A DNA stretch of 64,000 nt from Verrucomicrobiota bacterium (GCA_039798785.1 JBDKFG010000001.1:160001-224000), one strand, 5' to 3'. Numbered from the stretch's first letter, positions 19,037 through 28,808 are shown. Numbers and translations: made by a program. The notes: generated from the letters alone by a model not told the origin.

Positions 19037-20112
19037 CGGGGAGCTCCTTGGGTTGAGAAGTAATCATCAATCGCCTGGATGGCGTTTTTCAGCCGTTGTT
19101 CACCTTGGCCGGAGATCAGGCGCCAGGGGCGTCCGGCGGTGTCGAGGCGGGCGGAGCAGGCGGCGAGGAAGCTGGCGCGTTGATCGGGGAGGTAGCGCAC
19201 CGGATCGGCCACCCAGGGGAGGTCGATGTCGCAGAGCAGGGTGAGCTCGCAGCGGCTTTCGGCGGCGAGGGATTCGAGTTCGGTCGAGGGACGCCCGAAG
19301 AGGAAGTCCTGCCAGATGCAGGTGGCGAGGGCGTCGGTGTCGCAGAAGAGCCAGGGTCCGGCCGTGGCTTCGAGCTTCTGCTGCAGCGCGATCTGGCCGC
19401 GGGCGATGGACGGCAAATCGGCTTCGACGGGCTCGCGTCCGAGTGATTCGAGGAAGTCGCGGGCGAATTCGGGAACCATCGTGCCGCCGAAGTGCGCCGC
19501 AAGCTGCGCCGCGAGGGTCGATTTGCCGCAGGATTCGGGGCCGAAGAGGCAGATGCGGCGGCGGTAGAAGGCTTGCACCGGCGGCGGCAGGAAGGACCAG
19601 TTCGCCGCCGGGGCGCGGCGCACCGCGGTGCCGCTCACCGGGATCGTGGCGCGCGGGATGTCGCAGGGGATGAACTGGGCACCGAGGACGGCGGCCAGCG
19701 GCGTGCCGTAGTTTTCCGAGGCGAAGACGAAGTCCACCGGCTCAGGCAGGATGCGCTTCAAGCTGCGCTCCCAGATGCCCCAGAAATCCGGGTGCTCCTC
19801 CGGCTGCTGCGGATTCTCGTCCGTGAGATGCAGCACGATGCAGTCGGGGCAGAGCTGGCGCATCCAGTCGAAGCGCAGCTCGCCGGGGATCGGCTCGGCC
19901 TGGAGCGAACCGACGACGACATAGAGGCGGTCGACGCGGCGGCGGGCGAATTCGACGAGAAAAAGGTGGCCGCGGTGCGGCGGCAGGAACTTGCCGAGGA
20001 CCATCCCCACCTTGTCGCCCGGAGCAGATGCCGAGTCCGAACTTGATCGTAGCCGTGCGAGCCGAGTGGCGGCGTCGGCTGTGTCCAGAGCGTGCTCGGG
20101 TGAGTCAGCCAT
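19033..20112 (-). CDS. NadR-like NMN adenylyltransferase / ribosylnicotinamide kinase (no HTH)
   Basis: GKFLPPHRGH (HxGH), SE.YG, SGT..R, Walker A GPESCGKST, CDTD, W..D..R. Confidence 0.85.
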   Translation of the reverse strand: MADSPEHALDTADAATRLARLRSSSDSASAPGDKVGMVLGKFLPPHRGHLFLVEFARRRVDRLYVVVGSLQAEPIPGELRFDWMRQLCPDCIVLHLTDENPQQPEEHPDFWGIWERSLKRILPEPVDFVFASENYGTPLAAVLGAQFIPCDIPRATIPVSGTAVRRAPAANWSFLPPPVQAFYRRRICLFGPESCGKSTLAAQLAAHFGGTMVPEFARDFLESLGREPVEADLPSIARGQIALQQKLEATAGPWLFCDTDALATCIWQDFLFGRPSTELESLAAESRCELTLLCDIDLPWVADPVRYLPDQRASFLAACSARLDTAGRPWRLISGQGEQRLKNAIQAIDDYFSTQGAPR

Positions 20113-21148
20113 CGTTCTGGCTTTGATTTTCGAGTTTGACGAAGGTGTCGAAATCACTTTGGAAGAGCCTGTCCTGGATGACTCGGTACTTTTCGAATTC
20201 GCTCTCCGCATGTTCTTTGGCGATCTCGGCGCTGATCCGGCCGGCATCCTGGAGCACTTGCCGCTCATCGGCCTCGAGGAAGATGTCAAGGCGCTTGGCC
20301 CAAGCCTCCATCGTCATCGGGGTCCGCCTTCTTGCGCGACTCTCCGCCAAGTCGAGATAGGCGCTGACGATCCGTCCGAGATCCTCAAGCTCGGTTTGCG
20401 TCAGGTAGTTTTTTGCCACGCTGACATCGCTCTTCAGGATTTTGCCCATCGGGGCCTTGGCCCAAGTCGTCAGCCCCATGTGTTCCTGGGTGTGATCGGC
20501 GCGTTCGGCGATCAACTCGGCGGCGGTCCGGCCATGAACCGCGTAATGCATTTTGTTTTGCACTTTGGCAAAGAACTCTTTCGTGATCGGAGATTCCCGG
20601 TCGTAATCGACAGCAGTGGCGTAGATGTCGGTGATCTTCTGATAAAACCGGCGCTCGGAGAGGCGGATCTCGCGGATCTCATCAAGCAGCCGTTCGAAGT
20701 AATCCTCGTCGAGGAAGGCGCCGTTCTCCATCCGTTTGCGATCCAGCACGTAGCCGCGCAAGGTGTAGTCCCGAAGCACCCCCGTTGCCCATTGCCGGAA
20801 GGCGGTGGCGCGTTTCGAGTTCACCCGGTAGCCGACCGCGATAATCGCATCGAGATCGTAATGCAGGATGCTGCGTTGGACCTGCCGCTGCCCTTCGGTT
20901 TGAACGACTAAGAATTCCTTAGCAGTTGACTCCGTCAGTTCCCCGTCGGCATAGATCTTCTTCAAGTGCATCAAGACGTTTTCTGGTGTCGTCTCAAACA
21001 GCTGGCCGATGTTTTTTTGCGACAGCCAGATGGTGCCGTCCTGCACCCGTACTTCGACGCCGTCGCCCCCGGTCTGGTAGGCAAAGATCAAGAACTCCGC
21101 CGTGCTGTTGCGAAGGCGCAGATTCTCTCGTGATTTATTCTTCTTCAT
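20105..21148 (-). CDS. RhuM-family (virulence RhuM) protein
   Basis: NSTAEFL, TIWLSQ, YDLDAIIAVGYRVNS..AT.FR.WA, IREIRLSERRFYQK. Confidence 0.88.
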   Translation of the reverse strand: MKKNKSRENLRLRNSTAEFLIFAYQTGGDGVEVRVQDGTIWLSQKNIGQLFETTPENVLMHLKKIYADGELTESTAKEFLVVQTEGQRQVQRSILHYDLDAIIAVGYRVNSKRATAFRQWATGVLRDYTLRGYVLDRKRMENGAFLDEDYFERLLDEIREIRLSERRFYQKITDIYATAVDYDRESPITKEFFAKVQNKMHYAVHGRTAAELIAERADHTQEHMGLTTWAKAPMGKILKSDVSVAKNYLTQTELEDLGRIVSAYLDLAESRARRRTPMTMEAWAKRLDIFLEADERQVLQDAGRISAEIAKEHAESEFEKYRVIQDRLFQSDFDTFVKLENQSQNDG

Positions 21149-21865
21149 CTTTCGTCTCCCATGTCGCCTCAATCAAGCGGCGTTCCCGCTCGATTTCCAA
21201 ACGCAACTGCTCGTGTGGATCTGCCGCTCCAGCGTACGCTTGTCCCAGCCGCCCGCGATGGCCTCGTGCTCGTAAAAGTCCCGAGCCTTGAGATCCTCCA
21301 CTCGCATCAAGGCGCGATAGTGCGACCAGGTGAGCTGGGGGGAGAAGCCACGCGGTGATCTGTCATCCGAAGCTTGCACCCCGGGGATGATCCGTAAGGA
21401 CAGATTAGTCGCATCTGCCTTTGGATGAATGCCTTCCAGATTGGCTCCCCACTGGGGATCTTTTTCAGTCAGGCATTGGCTCCCCGCTGGGGATCCAATG
21501 CCGCGATCCGCGTAGGATAGAAAAAACTGTCTAAACCGCTTGAGGTTAGGCAAAGAAAATCCTTGCCCATAGCGCTCTGTCAGCCGGAGGGATAGATCCT
21601 GCAGGAGACGCTTGCCATAGGCCGCCCGCTCCTGACCTCCCTGCAATTCCTGGACGATCTCCCGCCCGATCAGCCAATAGGCCAGTACCATCTGGCTATT
21701 GACGGCGCGGACGACCTCACCCCGCGCCTGTTCGAGAATGGCGGCGACTCGGCCGAAGAGTTCTTCGGGAGCGGCAGTAGTCGGCGAAGAAGGTGGCGTG
21801 GAGGCGCTGTCGATCGCAAGTTTTTTGGGGCGACTCGCCTTTTTCTGCGGTATCGGTTCAGTCAT
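21135..21865 (-). pseudogene. DUF1016/YhcG-family gene with internal deletion of the nuclease domain
   Basis: N-terminal domain (YWLIG..IV, AYG, GFS..NL..FRQF, WSHY..L, WDKRTLERQI) joined out of frame to a family-like tail EQLRLEIERERRLIE. Confidence 0.7.
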
Positions 21866-24684
21866 GGTGTGTGGGCCTGGAAGATTTCGCTTTGGGGACT
21901 TTGTCGGAAAGTAGCTTGGGAACGCTGCCCGGCCTGCAGCAACCAGGCGAGGAGCTGGTTTTCGTCGGGCGCGGGCAGGCTGCCGTCGAAGTCGTAGCCG
22001 CTGGCGAGGAAGAGGTCCTGGGCGCGAGCTGCATCCTGGCGCGGAGCGAAGAGGCCGTTGAGGACGGCGGGAAGGGGCGTGCCTTGTTGCGCGCGGCGCC
22101 AGGAGTCGAGATCGAGTCCGGGGCGTCCGGCGAGGGCGCAGCTGGCGGCGCAGAGCTGGCGCAAATCGAGATTGCACTCTGGCGCGAGGTGGGAAACCGG
22201 GCCGGACGGCTCTTCGGCGACGATGCCGGCCAGCGCGGCGGCGTAGCTTTCGAGCGGGGCGACGGCGATGGCGAGTCCGGCGGGGACGGCGGCCGGATCG
22301 AGCGGCTGGCGGGCGAGGGCTTCGAGCATCCAGGTGAAGAAGTCGTTCTTCGGCAGATCGTCGCGCTTGGCTGCGCCGCCGATCAGGGCGGGACGGACGA
22401 GGCGCAGGCCGCCTTCGAAGCCGATCTCGCGGCGGAGGAGGCATTCCGCCGTCAGCTTGCTCTGGGCGTAGGCGCCGTGGATGTTGCCGGCGGGCTCGGA
22501 GTCGGCGCTGATCTTTGCGGACGGCGCATCGGAGCAGGCGAAGACGGCGAGGCTGGAGACGAAGTGGAAGCGGCGTCCGGCGCCTTCGAGGTAGAGGCGG
22601 GCGAGGGCCAGCGAGGCGGCGACGTTGACCGCGGCGATTTCGGCGAAGCTGCGGCTCGAGCTCAGCTCGGCGGCGGCGTGGATGAAGATCTCGGCTTCGA
22701 GCGCTTTGCGGCGGGCATCCTGGTCGAGCCCGAGATCGTGGCGATTCAGGTCGCAGTCGAGGATATCGAGGCGGCTGAAATCGAGGGCGACGCCGCGTTT
22801 CTCCGCGATCCGCCGCAGCCGTTCCCCGCCGCCGCGCAGCAGCAACAGGAAGCGGCTCTGCGGCAGGCGACGCTGCAGCTCGCCGAGCAGCGCCAGGCCG
22901 AGGAAGCCGGTGGCGCCGGTGAGGAGGATGCTCGTTCGCCCGCCGGAGGCTATTTTTAATGTTAAATCTTTATTTTTGTTTGCTTTATGTTGAATATTGA
23001 ATGTTGAATCTTGAATTTGCCGTCCCAGGCTTTCCACGCTCATCGGCAGCAGCCGCGGCTTGATCTCGGCGAGGGGCAGGTCCTGCATCAGGTCCTCGGG
23101 ACGCCAGGCGAAGCGTTCGCCCTGGAGCCGGGCGGCGAGTTCGAAGGCGCCGAGAGAGTCGAGACCCTGACGGCGCAGCGGCAGCTCGGGGTCGATGGCA
23201 TAACCGAAGTAGTCTTCGACGAGCTGCCGCAGCGAGGCGTGCGGGCCATCCTGCTTGCGCGCCGGTTGCAAGCGGGGATAATCGATCTTGCCGCTGGCGT
23301 TGCGCGGCAGTTGCGGCAGGCGCAGGAATTTCGCCGGGATCATCCACTCCGGCAGCTCGGCCAGGAGGGCCTGCCGCAGGCCCTCGTTTTCGGCCCGTCC
23401 GGCGTAGGCGCAGAGGAGGCGCGGGCCGACGGCGAAGACAGCGGCTTCGTCGACGCCGGGCAGGCGCAGCAGGGCGGATTCCACCTCGCCGCATTCGACC
23501 AGGCGGCCGCGGACCTTGACTTGACGGTCGAGGCGGCCGAGGAAGCGCCAGGCGCCGTCGGGGAGGACTTGAGCCCGGTCGCCGCTGCGGTAGAAGCGCC
23601 GGCCATCGATCACTGTGAATTTCGCGGCGTCGAGCTCGGGGCGGCGCCAGTAACCGAGGGCGAGGCAGGGGCCGCCGATGAGCAGTTCGCCGCTCTCCGG
23701 ATCGAGGCGAAATTCGGCGCCTTCGAGCGGTCGGCCGATGTCGCCCTCGCTCCAGTCCTCACCGCAGCGGACCATCGCGCAGCAGATGCTCGCTTCGGTC
23801 GGGCCGTAGAGGTTGAAGAGGCGGACGCGTCGGCTCCAGGCGCGCACCGTGTCGCGCGGGCACACTTCGCCGCCGAAGCCGAGGGTGAGGAGGCATTCGG
23901 GGGCCTCTTCGGGCGAGATCAGGCGCAGCAGCGAGGGCGGGATGTCGAGGTAGCTGATGCGGCGATCGGCCAGGGTCTTGAGGAGTCGTTCAGGGCTCGT
24001 TTCGCAGGGCGCCGCGACGACCAGGGTGGCGCCGCAACACAGCGCGGTGAAGATGTCGGACAAGGAGGCGTCGAAGAGGGGCGACAGCATCCACAGGCAG
24101 CGGCTGCCCGGCCCCAGCTCGAAGGCCGCGATCTGCTGCCTGATCACCGCCAGGAGTCCGCCGTGGCCGACGCTGACGCTCTTCGGCCGGCCGCTCGATC
24201 CGGAGGTGCTGATCAGCCAGGCTTCGGGGGAGGAGGTTGAAAGGTTGCAAGCTTGAAAGCTTGAAAGGTGGAGGGCAGCCGAGGCGGGGAGCTCAGATTC
24301 CGTATTGGATTTTGAATGTTTAATCTTTGATTTTGTTTGTGTTATGTTGAATCTTGAATGTTGAATCTTGAATTCCCAAGTCAAGATCCCCGCCACCTCG
24401 GCGTCATCGAGGATGAAGTCGCGGCGATCCTCCGGCAGGCCGTGGATCGGCAGGAAGCTCGAGCCGCAGCGCCAGCTCGCGAGGACGGCGATGACGAAGG
24501 CGGCGGAACGCGGCAGGTCGAGGGCGATGCGGACGCCGCAAAGCCGAGCCGAACGCAAGTCCGCGGCGAGGGCATCGACTTCGCCTAGCAGCTCGGCGTA
24601 GCTCAGGACGCGCCCATCCTCCTCCACGGCCGGGGCGTCCGGGCGGAGGCGGACCTGTTCGAGAAAGGCGTCGAGAAGATTCAT
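21862..24684 (-). CDS. NRPS-like adenylation-thiolation-thioester reductase (A-T-R) enzyme
   Basis: TSGSSGRPK, FDAS, NLYGPTE, GELLIGG, YRSGD, GRLDRQVKVRG, NASGKID; GLDSL carrier Ser; LTGATGFLG and YAQSK. Confidence 0.9.
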   Translation of the reverse strand: MNLLDAFLEQVRLRPDAPAVEEDGRVLSYAELLGEVDALAADLRSARLCGVRIALDLPRSAAFVIAVLASWRCGSSFLPIHGLPEDRRDFILDDAEVAGILTWEFKIQHSRFNITQTKSKIKHSKSNTESELPASAALHLSSFQACNLSTSSPEAWLISTSGSSGRPKSVSVGHGGLLAVIRQQIAAFELGPGSRCLWMLSPLFDASLSDIFTALCCGATLVVAAPCETSPERLLKTLADRRISYLDIPPSLLRLISPEEAPECLLTLGFGGEVCPRDTVRAWSRRVRLFNLYGPTEASICCAMVRCGEDWSEGDIGRPLEGAEFRLDPESGELLIGGPCLALGYWRRPELDAAKFTVIDGRRFYRSGDRAQVLPDGAWRFLGRLDRQVKVRGRLVECGEVESALLRLPGVDEAAVFAVGPRLLCAYAGRAENEGLRQALLAELPEWMIPAKFLRLPQLPRNASGKIDYPRLQPARKQDGPHASLRQLVEDYFGYAIDPELPLRRQGLDSLGAFELAARLQGERFAWRPEDLMQDLPLAEIKPRLLPMSVESLGRQIQDSTFNIQHKANKNKDLTLKIASGGRTSILLTGATGFLGLALLGELQRRLPQSRFLLLLRGGGERLRRIAEKRGVALDFSRLDILDCDLNRHDLGLDQDARRKALEAEIFIHAAAELSSSRSFAEIAAVNVAASLALARLYLEGAGRRFHFVSSLAVFACSDAPSAKISADSEPAGNIHGAYAQSKLTAECLLRREIGFEGGLRLVRPALIGGAAKRDDLPKNDFFTWMLEALARQPLDPAAVPAGLAIAVAPLESYAAALAGIVAEEPSGPVSHLAPECNLDLRQLCAASCALAGRPGLDLDSWRRAQQGTPLPAVLNGLFAPRQDAARAQDLFLASGYDFDGSLPAPDENQLLAWLLQAGQRSQATFRQSPQSEIFQAHTP
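22951..23017. repeat. AT-rich (TTGAATN)n heptamer element in frame inside the NRPS (T-R linker)
   Basis: TTGAATA-TTGAATG-TTGAATC-TTGAATT; similar to 24303-24374. Confidence 0.8.
24235..24374. repeat. Octamer (GSTTGAAA-like) plus heptamer (TTGAATN) arrays in frame inside the NRPS A domain
   Basis: GGTTGAAA-GGTTGCAA-GCTTGAAA-GCTTGAAA at 24235-24266; TTGAATC/TTGAATG array ending at 24374. Confidence 0.8.
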
Positions 24685-24841
24685 GTCGTAAGCCCTTGGT
24701 AGCTTTTGGCTTGCTTGGGATTCATACAATTTCCATTTTTGAATTTGACATGATCGTCTGTTTGTTGTTGAGCATCAACATGCAGGGATCAAGTGTGGTG
24801 GGAATTTCCCATCGGCGTTATCTTGGGATGGAGGTGGATTC

Positions 24842-25189
24842 ATGAGTTCCGAAGAATGGCATGAGCAGGTGATGGCGCTGCCGCGCGAGTTGCGGCAGGC
24901 GCTGGCGGAGCGCTTGGGACTGGATTGGTCCCGGTCTGAGGTCGCGGAGGACGGAACTGAGCCGCTGCCCTTGGATGCCGCGGCCCGCGAGTTGTTTGCC
25001 CAAGTGCTGTTGCTGCCGGTGGCGGAACGCCGTGCCCTGGCAACGGTCCTGAGCAGTGATTGTCTCGCCGAGGAGAGCTGGGAACAGCAGTGCATCGCCA
25101 TTGTCGAGGCCCGCTTGGATCGGTACGACCAGGGCTTGGAGCAGGCCATTCCTTGGGAAGAGGTCCTGGCGGAGATGCGGCAGCGATGA
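24842..25189 (+). CDS. Addiction-module antitoxin-like protein
   Basis: LP..ERRALA..L motif present twice; ends AIPWEEV; ATGA overlap with the toxin. Confidence 0.75.
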   Translation: MSSEEWHEQVMALPRELRQALAERLGLDWSRSEVAEDGTEPLPLDAAARELFAQVLLLPVAERRALATVLSSDCLAEESWEQQCIAIVEARLDRYDQGLEQAIPWEEVLAEMRQR

Positions 25190-25479
25190 AGGTCGTCTTG
25201 TTGCCGCAGGCCCGAGTGGACATGCTGCAGGCGCAAGATTTCTACCGGGAGAAACTGCCTGGACTGGAGAACCGCTTTCTCGCCGATCTGCAAGAATCCC
25301 TGACTTTGCTGAGCCGATCTCCCGATATCGGGCGATCCCTGGGCGGCAAGAGCCGGCGGCTCAACTTGTCGGCATTTCCCTATTTTCTGGCTTACTCGCA
25401 CAGGCGTGGCTGCCTGGTAGTGACCGCCGTGTTGCATCAGGCCCGCGATCCGCAGGACGTCAAGCGCCGGCTGGAGTGA
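25186..25479 (+). CDS. RelE/ParE-family toxin
   Basis: 97 aa: A..D...A..FY...GL..RF...P..G...RR....FPY...Y...V.AV.H..RDP. Confidence 0.85.
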   Translation: MKVVLLPQARVDMLQAQDFYREKLPGLENRFLADLQESLTLLSRSPDIGRSLGGKSRRLNLSAFPYFLAYSHRRGCLVVTAVLHQARDPQDVKRRLE

Positions 25480-25523
25480 GCTTGCGGGCGCTTCACCTGT
25501 CTTGAGGCGGTGGTGTTTCGTCT

Positions 25524-27326
25524 TCATCTCATCAGCTCCTCTTGCAGGGCGGTGGCGGAGAGGAAGAGGAAGAGCGGCGGTTCCCAGCGTTTGAGTTCGT
25601 CTTCGGGAAGTTGCGGCAGGCGCGCGATCAGGGAGGCGAGGGCGGCTTGCGAGTAGAAGGGCGGGCAGCGATCGAGGGCGGCGCGGAGGAGTTCCAGCAG
25701 CGGTGGCTGGGCGATCAGCGGCGGTGCCATGAAGGGGTGTTTGCGGCGGAGGCGCACTGCGTCGGGAATCAGGCCGCGCAGGGCCTGGCGGAGGAGGAAT
25801 TTCTCCTCGCCGTCGCGGATCAATTGGTCCTCGCGCAGGGTGGCGGCGAAGTCGCAGAGGCGGTGGTCGAGGAAGGGGACGCGTCCCTCGACGCCGTGCG
25901 GCATTTCGCAGCCGTCGCCGAGGGTGCGCAGGATGTATTGCGGCAGGGCGCTTTTGATCCAGGCGAGGAGGCTCAGGTCGAGCGGGCTGCGGCCTGGTGC
26001 GGCGTCGGAAAAACCGGGCTGGCGCAGGGCCTCGAGGAAGGGGTCGCGTCCGGCGAAGGGGGCGAGGAAGCCGGGTTCGAGCAGCGAGTGGTGGGCGAGG
26101 CCGAGGGAGGCCTTGGCGGGGAAGAAGGCGGGCAAGGAGCCGAGTTCTCGGCGGGCCGCGTCGAGCGGCAGGCCGGCGCCGGCGGCGTGCATGATGCCGC
26201 GCACCGCGGCGTCGTCGCGTCCGGGGATGAGGAAGGGGTAGCCGGCGAAGAGTTCGTCGGCGCCCTCGCCGCTCAATGCGAGCTTGCGGCCGGAGGCGCG
26301 GATGGCGGCGTTGAGGAGGAACTTGGCGGCGTGGTGGCCGTTGATGCAGAGGCTCTCCGAACCGCGCACGGCGGCGGCGAAATGGGTGGCGACGGCGGTG
26401 GCGTCGACCCGCACTTCTTCGAGCGGCAGGTCGAGATGGCGGGCGGTGGCGCGGGCCTGCTCAAGCTCGTCGTAGGCGCTGCCGGGGTAGCTGACGGTGA
26501 AGAGCCGCAGGTCGCGCCGCTGCTGCGCGGCGAGGCAGGCGATGGCGGTGGAATCGAGGCCGCCGCTGAGGTGGATCGCCGGGGAGTGCGGCGTGCGCAA
26601 ACGCAGCGACACCGCCTCCTCCAGTTCGCCAAGAAGCAGCGCCGCGGCCTCGGCGTCGCTGCGTTCCTGCGGACGCCGCAAGGGCAGCTCCCAGTAGCTT
26701 TGTTCACGCAGGCTGCGGTCACTCAGGTCGACCTCGAGGAAGTGGCCGGGACGGACCATCGAGATGCCGGCGAAGAGGCTGCGATCGAGGTCGTGATATT
26801 GCCGCGAGGCCGCCTGGAAGAAGGCCTCTTCGTCCCAGCCGAGCGGGAAGCCGAGGGCGCGGATCGCCTTGAGCTCCGAGCTGAAGACGAGGGACGAGGC
26901 GTCGCGGCGCCAGTAGAGCGGCTTGATGCCGAAGCGGTCGCGAGCGGCGTAGAGGCGGTTTTTGCGGCGGTCGCAGAGGACGAAGGCGAACTCGCCGCGC
27001 AGCTTACGGAAGCCGTCGGGTCCGCGCCGGGCGTAGAGTTGGAGAAGGAGCTCCGAATCGCCGGTGGCGGCGGGGGCGTCGAGTTCGCGGCGCAATTCCT
27101 CGGCGCCGTAGAATTCGCCGTTGACCACCGCGGCGAGGCCGTGTTCCTCGTCGAACAGCGGTTGCGGCACCGGCACGGCGCTCGACAGGCTGAGCAGGGT
27201 GTGACCGAGGAAGAGGCCGGGCTGCGACCATTCGCCGCGCCCCTCGGGACCGCGCGGCGCGAGGGCGGCCAGGGCCGCATCGGTGCGGGCCGGGATCTCC
27301 CCGGCGATGGCGAGGAGGCCGCACAT
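25524..27326 (-). CDS. Asparagine synthase (glutamine-hydrolysing)-like amidotransferase
   Basis: MCG N-terminal nucleophile, RGP, NGEFY, RDRFGIKPLY, LSGGLDS, SGEGADELFAGY, RVPFLD; start ATG 27326. Confidence 0.92.
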   Translation of the reverse strand: MCGLLAIAGEIPARTDAALAALAPRGPEGRGEWSQPGLFLGHTLLSLSSAVPVPQPLFDEEHGLAAVVNGEFYGAEELRRELDAPAATGDSELLLQLYARRGPDGFRKLRGEFAFVLCDRRKNRLYAARDRFGIKPLYWRRDASSLVFSSELKAIRALGFPLGWDEEAFFQAASRQYHDLDRSLFAGISMVRPGHFLEVDLSDRSLREQSYWELPLRRPQERSDAEAAALLLGELEEAVSLRLRTPHSPAIHLSGGLDSTAIACLAAQQRRDLRLFTVSYPGSAYDELEQARATARHLDLPLEEVRVDATAVATHFAAAVRGSESLCINGHHAAKFLLNAAIRASGRKLALSGEGADELFAGYPFLIPGRDDAAVRGIMHAAGAGLPLDAARRELGSLPAFFPAKASLGLAHHSLLEPGFLAPFAGRDPFLEALRQPGFSDAAPGRSPLDLSLLAWIKSALPQYILRTLGDGCEMPHGVEGRVPFLDHRLCDFAATLREDQLIRDGEEKFLLRQALRGLIPDAVRLRRKHPFMAPPLIAQPPLLELLRAALDRCPPFYSQAALASLIARLPQLPEDELKRWEPPLFLFLSATALQEELMR

Positions 27327-27374
27327 CAGGAGGGACCCCAGGTTGAAAGGTTGGAAGCTTGGAAGCTGGTTCTT

Positions 27375-27610
27375 GCCCCAACGGGGCAGCCGGCAGATAG
27401 CCCAGGGTGTAGACCGAGGAACGAGGTCAAACCCTGGGTGGGGATCAGCGCCCAATTCAGCCCCGGAGGGGCGTTCAGAATGCCGCTCGCGTTTCTTGAT
27501 GGCGCATTTTCTGGACGCCCCTCCGGGGCTCGGCGTCTGTTGTTGGCCAACCCAGGGTTTGCTCCTTCGTCGCTACACCCTGGGCTAACTGCCGGCCGCC
27601 CCGCTGGGGC
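27375..27610. repeat. ~235-bp long palindromic REP/MITE-like element
   Basis: GCCCCAACGGGGC...TAGCCCAGGGT...CCCTGGG / CCCAGGG...ACCCTGGGCTA...GCCCCGCTGGGGC nested inverted arms; preceded by an octamer array at 27341-27368. Confidence 0.8.
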
Positions 27611-27698
27611 GCAATCTGAAGCGGCTGGGAATCCCGCCGCCTGAGTGAGATTGAATAGGTTTGAATCGATGATGTTCATTGGGCATCCTTCGAACGAT

Positions 27699-28514
27699 TC
27701 AGATCTCGACGATGAGTTTGTGGCTTTCGCTGTCGCTTTCGATCAGTCCGGGGAGTTCGGCGGCGGGACGCGGCGGCGCGAGCAGATCGGAGAGATCGAG
27801 CTCGGTCAGCAAGGCCAAGGCCGCGTCGAAGGGCAGGTAGCGGCGGGCCTCGAGTTTGAGTTCGCGTTCGATGAGGAGATTGAGGGGGACTTCGATCGAG
27901 CCGGGGTGGCGGCTCTTGAGGATCAGGCTGCCGCCGGGACGCAGCAGCTCGAGGGCGGCGCGCAGGGCGGCGGGACGCGGATCGGTTTCGATCACCCAGT
28001 CGCAGGAGGCGGGCTCAGGCTCGGCGATCGGACTGAAGCCGCGGCGGCGCAGGATCCGTTCGCAGAGGCTGCGGATGCGTCCCGAGCCGGCCACCGCGAT
28101 GCGTCCCTGCAGCGGCGCGAGCAGGATGGCGCCGCAGGCGGCCACCGGTTCGGCGGCGGCGGCTTTGAGCGGATCGAGTCCGGGCGGCAGCGGGAAGAGG
28201 CAGGCCTCCGGCACGGCGAGGAATTCGGCGAAGCAGCCGGGACGATCGATGCCGAGGAAGCCGCCGTCGGGCAGCAGCGGATTGACCGCGACGAGCGTGC
28301 CGGACTCGAAGCGGCGCGAGGTGACCACCTCGGCGCTGCATTCATGGCCGAGCACCCAGCCTTCACGCGGACCATAAAGCCCCTGGAGCACCTGCCGGTC
28401 GCTGCGGCAGATGCCGGCGTAGCGCACCCGCAGCAGCGCCTCATCGGGGCCGGCTTGCGGCTCGGGAATGTCAGCCGGGACAAGCCGGCCGTCGGTGCAA
28501 ATCCAGGCTTTCAT
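27699..28514 (-). CDS. Zn-dependent alcohol dehydrogenase-like protein (MDR family, shortened)
   Basis: AGICRSD, LGHE, G.FAEF, AEP.A; lacks the structural-Zn Cys cluster. Confidence 0.8.
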   Translation of the reverse strand: MKAWICTDGRLVPADIPEPQAGPDEALLRVRYAGICRSDRQVLQGLYGPREGWVLGHECSAEVVTSRRFESGTLVAVNPLLPDGGFLGIDRPGCFAEFLAVPEACLFPLPPGLDPLKAAAAEPVAACGAILLAPLQGRIAVAGSGRIRSLCERILRRRGFSPIAEPEPASCDWVIETDPRPAALRAALELLRPGGSLILKSRHPGSIEVPLNLLIERELKLEARRYLPFDAALALLTELDLSDLLAPPRPAAELPGLIESDSESHKLIVEI

Positions 28515-28580
28515 GGCGGGGCTCCCCTGGGGTTTTAGTGGGACTCGATCGTCCCGATGGAGGTAGTTGATGGTTGATGT

Positions 28581-28808
28581 GCCCTGAAAGGGCAGCCTGA
28601 CCTTAGCCCGGGGTGGAGCCGCAGGCGAAACCCCGGGTGTGCGTGAATTGAGATTGAGCCCTGTAGGGGCGGCCTGAGATGTGGCGTCTCATCGGGATCT
28701 CCTTGGTCATTTCGCCCTTTCAGGGCTCGGATGTATTTCTCTTTACCCGGGGTTGCGCCTCGTGCCTCGGCTTCACCCCGGGCTAAGGTCAGGTCGCCCC
28801 TTTGGGGC
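28581..28808. repeat. ~230-bp long palindromic REP/MITE-like element (same architecture as 27375-27610)
   Basis: GCCCTGAAAGGGC...CCTGACCTTAGCCCGGGGT / ACCCCGGGCTAAGGTCAGG...GCCCCTTTGGGGC. Confidence 0.8.

Noticed and set aside
24775..25527. 250-aa minus-strand ORF coupled to the AsnB-like stop
   Set aside because: Fully overlaps the better-supported TA pair on the other strand and has no recognisable domain
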